Part shown: positions 56,831 through 64,000 of the stretch, in pieces | Numbering within the stretch: the first letter of the stretch is position 1 | Layout: every line of letters starts with the position of its first letter | Assembly: GCA_964631605.1 (NCBI GenBank) | Contig: CAZVYG010000007.1 | Coordinates: 473 to 64,472 of the forward strand | Length of the DNA: 64,000 nt | Direction of reading: 5' to 3' | Source of the DNA: an uncultured Verrucomicrobiota bacterium | Lineage (GTDB): Bacteria > Verrucomicrobiota > Verrucomicrobiia > Limisphaerales > UBA8199 | Translations under genes and position numbers: made by a program | The notes under the pieces: generated by a model | Told to the model about the DNA's origin: nothing | The model's input: only the letters and a program-made list of their open reading frames with translations | Database searches by the model: none

Positions 56831-58477
56831 TCACTCTCGGGGTCCTGAGGATAGTCTCTTGCCCGCTCTGCCCGCAGCGAACACCCCCTTGATTTCCTGA
56901 TCCGTCAACGCCCGGTTATACACGCTCACTTCGTCAATCAGGCCTTCGAAGAACAATATCGGCGGTTCGCTTTGAGCCCCGATGATGAAGGGATGGTCGT
57001 TGAGTGTATTGACAAGCTTGCCGCGGCGCCTGGCAGTTACGGTCCGCTTGCCATTCACGAAGGTCCTTAATTCGACCTCGCCTGGGCTGCATTGTTCGAA
57101 TACCCCCGCGACGTGGAGCCAGGTCCGAGGCGGAGGGGGCGTTCCAGTGTATGAAATCTCAAAGGCGGTCGGGTGGACCCGGTCGTCCACCGAAGGGTCG
57201 TTGAAATACAGCGCAATTCCCTCGGGCGAAAGCGCGACGGTGGGCTGTGTGTTCCCCTCAACCCGCCCACGGTCCGAAAATAGACCTGCATAATAGGGAA
57301 CCGGGCTGTGGTCCTGAAACCACAGCGCTATTGTCACCTGATTGGAGAAAGTCAAACAAGGACTCTTCGGAATGCGGACATAACCGTTCGTCCCGTTGAA
57401 CTGGAAGGCTTTACCCACCATGCCTAGGGCAAAACCAACGTTCCCAATGAGAGTTCCGTGGTTATCACCCGCGCTGTCTCGCGCATCATCCTCCCCGCGC
57501 CACCAGGCAACCAGTCCCGGGGGCGCCGGGATCGGAGAAGCGGACGCCGGCCGTAACTTGCCGGACCACGTTAACCACGCGGCCCCAACCGCAAGGAGGC
57601 TGGCTGCAATCCACATCCTTCCCAGCCGAAAGAATGGTCTCCACCGGTTCGCCCCAATCTGCTCGCCCCGCTGGATGCGCTCCAAATCGGCAAGCATTTC
57701 GCCGGCGGAGTGGTAGCGGCGACGAGCCGGCTCAGCGCATGCCCTCCCGATTACTCTCAGCAGTGCAGCGAGTGCGGGGGAAGGAGCTTTAGGCCACCTT
57801 GAGCAATCCCCGTAGTCGTGGCGGCTCAACCCTGTGCACGCCTCGAACAGGGCCATTCCCAGGGAATAGATGTCCGCTTGAATCGTGCCGGGTCCCTCAG
57901 GAGGAATATAACCTTCTGTTCCGACAAACGACCTGGCTTCAGCAGTTTCAATGACCAACCCAACATCCCCAAGTTTTGGCCGCTTTTGGACAAAAAGAAT
58001 ATTGCTGGGCTTGACATCGCGATGAATGAGCCCCTGCCGGTGAAGCGATGCCAGCGCGGAGGCCAGGGCGATGCCCCACTCGACGCAGGACTCGGTCGGC
58101 AACACCTTGCGCCGCGCCAGTTCCACATCCAGTGTGTGAGGCACATAATCGGCGACGGCATCGCCCCCGTCACCGTTGGCATTGTCCGCCAACTCCATGG
58201 TGTAATAGAAGCCCTCGCCACCGTCGGCCTCGCCCAGTTCAAGAACCCTGATGAGTGATGGATGAACCTCAGCCAGGGCCTGGAATTTCCGCACGCCCGC
58301 CAACTCCCGTTCAAAGGGCCGCTGCTCGGGAAACGCGGTTCGCCGTATCACCTTTACGGCGCGGCACACCCCCGAATTGTGCCGCGCCAGCCAGACCTCG
58401 CCATAACCGCCGGCGCCAATTTGGCGTAGCAACTCGTAACCGGGTGGAAATCTTCTTTCTTCCGAGGGTGACACCAT
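56831..58477 (-). CDS. Ser/Thr protein kinase - TM - extracytoplasmic LamG (concanavalin-like) domain
   Basis: IGAGGYGEVW, AVKVI, HRDVKPSNILF and GTEGYIPPE. The TM helix is WIAASLLAVGAAWLTW. The LamG-like domain runs from LVAWWRGEDDARDSAGDNHGTL to IDEVSVYNRALT. Confidence 0.85.
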   Translation of the reverse strand: MVSPSEERRFPPGYELLRQIGAGGYGEVWLARHNSGVCRAVKVIRRTAFPEQRPFERELAGVRKFQALAEVHPSLIRVLELGEADGGEGFYYTMELADNANGDGGDAVADYVPHTLDVELARRKVLPTESCVEWGIALASALASLHRQGLIHRDVKPSNILFVQKRPKLGDVGLVIETAEARSFVGTEGYIPPEGPGTIQADIYSLGMALFEACTGLSRHDYGDCSRWPKAPSPALAALLRVIGRACAEPARRRYHSAGEMLADLERIQRGEQIGANRWRPFFRLGRMWIAASLLAVGAAWLTWSGKLRPASASPIPAPPGLVAWWRGEDDARDSAGDNHGTLIGNVGFALGMVGKAFQFNGTNGYVRIPKSPCLTFSNQVTIALWFQDHSPVPYYAGLFSDRGRVEGNTQPTVALSPEGIALYFNDPSVDDRVHPTAFEISYTGTPPPPRTWLHVAGVFEQCSPGEVELRTFVNGKRTVTARRRGKLVNTLNDHPFIIGAQSEPPILFFEGLIDEVSVYNRALTDQEIKGVFAAGRAGKRLSSGPRE

Positions 58478-58582
58478 TCTGAAATACGCCGTCGAATCAA
58501 TGCTTCAACATCAGCGCGCGCAGGGTATTTATCCCTTCCGGCTTGAGGTTTCAAGCACGATCGTGGCCAATTTAATCTGCGC

Positions 58583-60238
58583 TCACTTGTGCGCAAGCCT
58601 CTTGCCGGCATTCCCGCTCGACGCCAGCATCAGAACCTCAAGCCCGTCCAGTGCCCGCGTATAAATGGCAAGTTCATCAAGAAGTTTTGCAGAGAAATAG
58701 TTGTATCCGGACCTTGGGTCCACCTGGGCGCCGATGTGGATAACCTCTTCCGAGTCCTGAAGATGAATAACCTCGGGACCGCGCCGGTACTTCACCGGTT
58801 CCGGCACTCCATCAATAAAAAACTCAGGATCCGCAGCGCCTTCCCGAACCACGACCGCACAATGGTGCCAATTGAGGTCCGCGATACGCCCGGCGCCCCG
58901 CCATCCACACGCGAAATGGAAGGCCAGGCAATAATCGCTGCTGGCGCCGTTGAGACTGACCGAGAACGCCGTTCGCCCCGCCGTCCAGTCGCCCCCCTGT
59001 TCGATAATGTAGCACGGCGCATCCAGTTCCTCGCGTTTAACCCAAAACTCGATGGTCATGGCCTTGGCCGACCGCAGCGTCTCCATCGCAGGCACTTCCA
59101 GGAAACTCTTGTTCGCCCCGAACGCCAGTGCCTTGCCGATCTTGCCCCGCGCAAATCCAACCCGGTTGCAGCGGGTTTCGATCAGTTGGAGGGAAGAGCA
59201 GCGCACGTCATCTTCGCCGCGCCACCAGGCAACAAGGTCGGCCGGGGCGGGAACCGCGCCTTTCGGAATCGGTGGCTCCCGCCTCTGCATCCAGGCAACC
59301 CAGAGCCAGGCTAACGCGGCTATGCAGAGCAAACTTGCCAGGACCATGCTCCCCATGAGAAGCCGGACATGCCTTGGGTCGCACGACCGTACAGCTTTTC
59401 CTTCCTTCAGTCGCTGCAGGTCGGCCAGAAGTTCTCGCGCCGAACGGTAACGCTGCCGTGGATTGGTGCGGCAGCACCTGACGACGACACGGTTGAGTTC
59501 AAGGATTTCGCGGCTGTGAATGGTTTTGTCGAGCAGCGTCGGCAGTTCCGGGAACTTCTGCCGGTCTTTGCCCGTGCTGGTTTCGTAAAGCACTTTGCCC
59601 AACGAATAAATGTCGGCCTGAGCTGTGCCGGGGCCTTCAGGTGGGATGAATCCCTCGGTTCCGACGTAAGAACGGGCTGCCGCGGTTTGGGCCACAAGAC
59701 CGGCATCCGCCAGCTTGGGCCGGCCGCCTACGAAAAGGATGTTGGAGGGCTTGACGTCCCGGTGAACCAGGCCGTGGGCATGCAAAAAGCCGAGCGCGGA
59801 ACCAATGGCCAGACCCAGTTCCACACAACGCGAAACCGGCAGACGATGGTCTCGGCCAAGCTCCTGGGCAAGTGTGTGAGGACAATAGCAATCCGGGTCC
59901 ACGTTCTGGCCGGAAGCGATGTCATCGGCCAGCTCCATCGCGTAATACACCATGCCCGATCGGCATTCCGTGCCAATTTCGAGAATTCGAGTCAGGCCCT
60001 CGTGCGCCCGGGACAGCGGTTCAAAAGCCCGCACCCCGCTGAGTTCGCGTTCGATGGCCCTGCTGGCGGATTGAGACACGCGAAGAATTTTCACCGCCGC
60101 CCACCTCCCGGCTGCGTCCCGAGCCAGCCACACTTCCCCATAACTTCCCCGGCCAATCAGGCGCACCAGGCGATAGCCTGGAACCTCAGGGAAAGGGTCG
60201 GGCGAATCAGGGTTCTCCGGGGAGGATGCTGCGCCCAT
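58583..60238 (-). CDS. Ser/Thr protein kinase - TM - LamG domain, paralog of 56831..58477
   Basis: IGRGSYGEVW, AVKIL, HRDVKPSNILF and GTEGFIPPE. The TM helix is VLASLLCIAALAWLWVAW. The LamG-like domain runs from LVAWWRGEDD to LDELAIYTRAL. Confidence 0.85.
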   Translation of the reverse strand: MGAASSPENPDSPDPFPEVPGYRLVRLIGRGSYGEVWLARDAAGRWAAVKILRVSQSASRAIERELSGVRAFEPLSRAHEGLTRILEIGTECRSGMVYYAMELADDIASGQNVDPDCYCPHTLAQELGRDHRLPVSRCVELGLAIGSALGFLHAHGLVHRDVKPSNILFVGGRPKLADAGLVAQTAAARSYVGTEGFIPPEGPGTAQADIYSLGKVLYETSTGKDRQKFPELPTLLDKTIHSREILELNRVVVRCCRTNPRQRYRSARELLADLQRLKEGKAVRSCDPRHVRLLMGSMVLASLLCIAALAWLWVAWMQRREPPIPKGAVPAPADLVAWWRGEDDVRCSSLQLIETRCNRVGFARGKIGKALAFGANKSFLEVPAMETLRSAKAMTIEFWVKREELDAPCYIIEQGGDWTAGRTAFSVSLNGASSDYCLAFHFACGWRGAGRIADLNWHHCAVVVREGAADPEFFIDGVPEPVKYRRGPEVIHLQDSEEVIHIGAQVDPRSGYNYFSAKLLDELAIYTRALDGLEVLMLASSGNAGKRLAHK

Positions 60239-60292
60239 AAACCTTGCTGATCTGACAAAACGCGGAACGGGGGCTGGGGAGGGATACGCCCT

Positions 60293-63061
60293 TCAGGGCC
60301 GGCGTGGTTTCCCCGGCCCTGGCTGCGCTTCGAGCGACTCTTTGGAAGCGGCAGACGGAGCCGATTCTGCACTTCGCCTGCTGGCGACAAACAGCCACGC
60401 CGAAAGCAGGACGCCGAGCAGCACCGCCGCAGCGCTCACGTACAGACCGTAATAGGAAGGTTCAAAACGAAACGCCACCTCGTGCGTCCCAGCCGGCAAA
60501 TAAACACCGCGCATAATGAAATTGGCGCGCAGCAGCGGCTCAGGCTTGCCGTCCACATACACCTTCCAGTTCGATTCGAAACGATCATTCAACAACAAAA
60601 CGGACGAGGCGTTTGCCTCGGCTTTCAGCACAATGTCTTTGGGTGCGTAACTCACGAATGAGACGGTCCCGGGCGGCGAGTTGGTGGCCGTTGGAGGCGA
60701 TGCCGGCGGCGGCGTGGCCAATAACACGGTCGTCGAAGGGTCAAAGGCTGGATCTACCAGCCGGGCCAGGGCGGCCTGATCGTTGGTAACCACCTGCCAG
60801 TTCGTGTACAGCTTGGCACGGGGCAGGGCGCCGGTGAATTCGAACAAGGCAAACGGACCGTTGGTTGCAGGCGCGGCGGTAAGTTCGTCAAGGCGCATCG
60901 GGCGTTCAATCCCGGGTTTGGGCACGATTTGGAAGCGTTCGGCGATGCGGAACCGTTGCTGGCCGGGATCCACCTGCTGGTTCAAAAACCCGAGATAATC
61001 CGCCGGCCCCAACAGGTAACGGGTATTGGTCAATTGCCAGCGGCGGGGCACCAGCCTTGGCACCTCCGCCATATTCTTGGGTTGGAGCGCCTGTTCGAAG
61101 GCCAGCAGGTCCTCGGGCATGCGCGGCAATTGCACAATGTCCAGCGATTGGATGTTGTAATATAGGAAATGGTGTTGAGCCCACTCGATGCGGTAAAGGT
61201 CGCGGACGAGTTCCAGTTCCGGGGGCGACTGGAGCACCTGTCCGATCCAGTCGGGAAGGATTGCCACGCGCTGTTCGTAGGGTTTCTGCCGAAGACGATC
61301 AATAATCGGGTTGGTGGCGTATTTCTGCTTATAGTCCCACGTAATAATCCAGGGGAGGTTTGCCCGGCCCAGGTCGGCGATGACGAACGCGCCCACCAGG
61401 ATGGCCCCCCATCGGGAGCGCGGTCCGGCGAATGCGCCGCTTAAGAGCAGGGTGACCAGCGCGACCGCCAGCACCAGCGTTAAAATAAACCAACCGACCT
61501 GGGTGACACTGAACCGCGCGATGGTTTCCGCTGTGGCGGGGTCGAAACGGACCGTTTGGAGGTAGCGCACCACGTCCTCCCGGCTGGAGCTGTAAATCAG
61601 CCAGCCCAGCACGCTCGCCCCGATGCTCCCCAGGCACAGTAGCGTCCAGCGCCGGTCAAACCCCCGTACCTGGCGCCACCAGCCCTGCACCGTCGCCGCA
61701 ATGCCTTGTTTGGCAGGCTGGGCCTCGATGACATATCGCTGCCACAATCCATGCAGCCCGTAGGCGAAAAGAACCACCAGCGAATAATCCACAATATGCA
61801 GAAACTTCGCCGGATTTCGAATCGTGGAAAAGTAAGGCAGCATGTAAAGGAACTGGTAGAAGGGCGCGAACCGGCCAAAAGCCAGCAACAGGGAAATCAG
61901 TGCCACCACGGACCAGAACCCAATCCACCGCCGTTGCTCCAGTGGGAACACGGAGTCCTTCTTCCGCAAACCCTGGGCGGTTGCCCACAAAGCCACCAGC
62001 ACCACCATCACTCCGGCGTAATTGCCTCCGCCGGTAAAGCGTAAAAACCCCGCCGGGGGTTGGCCCTGTTGGCCGCTGGCGAAATAGCGGTCCCAGGCTG
62101 GGTCGCGGCCCACGGCGCCCCAGTAGTTTCCCCCGCTGTAGGCTTTCTGCAGGGAGGGAGGCAGCAGCGCCGGCGTATCCATCCGGTAACCAAACAGCCC
62201 CGGGATGATCAGTCCCAGCGCCTCGCGTTTTGGCAGACTCCATTGCGTCGCCCAGTCCCACCGTTGCTCCTTGGTTCGCAGGTCCTGCTCAGTGCCGGCC
62301 ACGCCCTGAATCTGTGTCGCAACCAGCACAATCACGGTCTGGGCCGCCACCAACGCGGCGAACACAGCCACCGCGGCCACTTGGAGCGCCCCCTTGGCCA
62401 GGTTGGCTGCCCGGGAGCCCTCGGCGGTCCAAGCTTGGTACATCATGAACGCCGCCGTGTACAGGCTGAAAATCGCACCAATGTCCGCCCCCTCCATGAC
62501 CCCCATGCCGACCGCGGCTCCAGCCACAGCCACCCGCAGCCAGCGGCGGCGCGCTGAAGGGTCCGCCACCGCCGCCAAAGCAAGGAAGTTCATGCCGATG
62601 GTAATGGCATGCGCCGCCACTCCCCAGGCGGCCGCGGAGAAAAAGCCGGAATTCAGCGTGGCCGCCAGCGCCCCGGCGACACAGGCGACCGGTTGAAACC
62701 GCAACTGGCGGAAAAAGCACCAGGCTCCCAGACCCAGGATAAGCAGGGCGACGGGCGCATAGAGTTTGGAGAACAGCACCGGCTTCAGCAGCCACAGCAT
62801 CAGGTATGTGATATTCGGCAGGGCGCCGCTCTCCCGATAACCCAGGGTGTTGAGATCCTGCCAGCCGCCCGTAAAGGTGTACGGCACGGCATGCGACTGC
62901 GAACTTAGGGTCCCAAGCGGGCCGTCGTTGGAAAATACCGTGTGTCCCGGCACAAGCCCGTTCCGGAACAACAACGCCAGAACCACCACCAGCAGCAATA
63001 AAGTCATTACAAACAGCCTGGGCCAATTGTTGTCTGCCGCCCGGTTTTTCAAGGAATCCAT
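60293..63061 (-). CDS. large polytopic membrane protein, YfhO-like (putative glycosyl-transfer/glycan assembly)
   Basis: It has well over 12 hydrophobic segments and a C-terminal beta domain (LLLNDRFESNWKVYVDGKPEPLLRANFIMRGVYLPAGTHEVAFRFEP) typical of YfhO-family proteins. I prefer the ATG at 63061 to the TTG at 63076. Confidence 0.65.
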   Translation of the reverse strand: MDSLKNRAADNNWPRLFVMTLLLLVVVLALLFRNGLVPGHTVFSNDGPLGTLSSQSHAVPYTFTGGWQDLNTLGYRESGALPNITYLMLWLLKPVLFSKLYAPVALLILGLGAWCFFRQLRFQPVACVAGALAATLNSGFFSAAAWGVAAHAITIGMNFLALAAVADPSARRRWLRVAVAGAAVGMGVMEGADIGAIFSLYTAAFMMYQAWTAEGSRAANLAKGALQVAAVAVFAALVAAQTVIVLVATQIQGVAGTEQDLRTKEQRWDWATQWSLPKREALGLIIPGLFGYRMDTPALLPPSLQKAYSGGNYWGAVGRDPAWDRYFASGQQGQPPAGFLRFTGGGNYAGVMVVLVALWATAQGLRKKDSVFPLEQRRWIGFWSVVALISLLLAFGRFAPFYQFLYMLPYFSTIRNPAKFLHIVDYSLVVLFAYGLHGLWQRYVIEAQPAKQGIAATVQGWWRQVRGFDRRWTLLCLGSIGASVLGWLIYSSSREDVVRYLQTVRFDPATAETIARFSVTQVGWFILTLVLAVALVTLLLSGAFAGPRSRWGAILVGAFVIADLGRANLPWIITWDYKQKYATNPIIDRLRQKPYEQRVAILPDWIGQVLQSPPELELVRDLYRIEWAQHHFLYYNIQSLDIVQLPRMPEDLLAFEQALQPKNMAEVPRLVPRRWQLTNTRYLLGPADYLGFLNQQVDPGQQRFRIAERFQIVPKPGIERPMRLDELTAAPATNGPFALFEFTGALPRAKLYTNWQVVTNDQAALARLVDPAFDPSTTVLLATPPPASPPTATNSPPGTVSFVSYAPKDIVLKAEANASSVLLLNDRFESNWKVYVDGKPEPLLRANFIMRGVYLPAGTHEVAFRFEPSYYGLYVSAAAVLLGVLLSAWLFVASRRSAESAPSAASKESLEAQPGPGKPRRP

Positions 63062-63212
63062 ATTGTGTAAAGTCAAAGGGTCTGTTTGGAGGAGTCAAGC
63101 CCAAGGTTCATGTGGCTGGTGAGGCAAGCGGTCGTAACGCGAGCATTGGTGGCTTCAGAACTCGGGGCGCTCGCGTCCCCCGGCAGGTTCCCTCGGCACT
63201 GAGGCGGGGCCA

Positions 63213-63881
63213 TTATTTCGCCTTTATGCACAGAATTGCGGCGGCTCGGGCGGGAACCCACCGCGTAAATAGAAAATGCCCAGCCAGAGACACCAAGCTC
63301 CAGAGAGCTGCAGGCTTCCATCTAATGCGGTGGTATTCGCCTCGAAGACATTTCGGTCCCAGCGCCCCTACCACCCGGTAACCCAAAGCTCTCATCTCCG
63401 CGCAATCCCAACCCGACAGATGCTCCTGCAGATCGCTTTGCTCTGCATGGCGCTGGGGAAGAAAACCGTTGGGAGTGAGTAGCACCACGCGTCTTGCGGC
63501 GATGCGTTCCATGGATTGCAGCAATGCCAGACCTTCTGCTTTCCTCAGATGTTCGATCAGGTCCAGCGCCACACAGGCGTCGAACTCGTTCTCCCGAAAC
63601 ATATCTCCCAGCTTCCGCACATCCCCCAGGACCAGACAGTCATGCGTCGCATCCCGCCGCGCCGCCATCACATTGGGTTCGTATCCGTCAATCCCCACCA
63701 GCCGGTCGAATCCAAAATGCTTGAGATTCGAGCCGGGGCCGCAGCCCACGTCCAGCGCCGACCTGCAGCCGCGGAGGGCAGAGCGAATCTGAAGCAAGGT
63801 CACGACGCTCGAGGGAGGCAGGCCCCGCGTGAGCAGGGTCCGCACCAGAGAGATTCGACCGGTTCGCATGTCGGGACGCAT
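63213..63881 (-). CDS. class I SAM-dependent methyltransferase
   Basis: SAM motif I LDVGCGPGSN, post-I LVGIDG and motif II context ACVALDLIEH. Confidence 0.8.
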   Translation of the reverse strand: MRPDMRTGRISLVRTLLTRGLPPSSVVTLLQIRSALRGCRSALDVGCGPGSNLKHFGFDRLVGIDGYEPNVMAARRDATHDCLVLGDVRKLGDMFRENEFDACVALDLIEHLRKAEGLALLQSMERIAARRVVLLTPNGFLPQRHAEQSDLQEHLSGWDCAEMRALGYRVVGALGPKCLRGEYHRIRWKPAALWSLVSLAGHFLFTRWVPARAAAILCIKAK

Positions 63882-64000
63882 TGTGCCGAAGAGGGCGAAA
63901 CCATGGCAAGGCGGGAAAGCACCGGAAGGCCGAAAAGAGCAGGCAGCCTGCGGACGGGCCCGGGTTCGGGGCTGCGCGGCCTCCGACTCCGATATCAGCT

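Overview
GC-rich, gene-dense 64 kb chromosomal segment with about 55 protein genes, one tRNA and one riboswitch. I saw no rRNA, CRISPR array, transposase or integrase. The gene content suggests a PVC-superphylum bacterium (Verrucomicrobiota or Planctomycetota-like). This rests on two prepilin-type DUF1559 proteins, a DUF1080 protein, a TAT-signal Gfo/Idh/MocA oxidoreductase, LamG-fused Ser/Thr kinases and many large secreted beta-sandwich proteins; it is an inference from family content, not a search result. Housekeeping genes are rpoD (partial, missed by the ORF track because it runs off the left edge), rmuC, ridA, ribF, truB, rdgB, asd, a cyclophilin, a DEAD-box helicase and tRNA-Gln. They are interspersed with four other blocks. 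(a) Two tandem Wza-like polysaccharide-export lipoproteins. (b) A glycan-degradation-like block at 7.7-20.4 kb. (c) A GH57 branching enzyme with its DUF4912 partner. (d) A tightly coupled 10-gene minus-strand operon at 46.3-56.1 kb: RDD, DUF95, DUF58, MoxR, DUF4350 and DUF4129, preceded by Zn-ribbon and GYF membrane proteins. Two tandem kinase-LamG paralogs follow that operon. The most interesting signal is a clear cobalamin riboswitch at about 15644-15818 (+). It sits in a 575-nt gap upstream of a family-less secreted beta-sandwich protein and a DUF1559 pseudopilin-like protein, neither of which is a known B12 gene. This pair is a candidate undescribed B12-responsive surface or uptake module. 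Many long ORFs in the track are antisense shadows typical of high-GC DNA and were rejected. Several starts were moved to internal ATGs that give signal peptides or remove overlaps.
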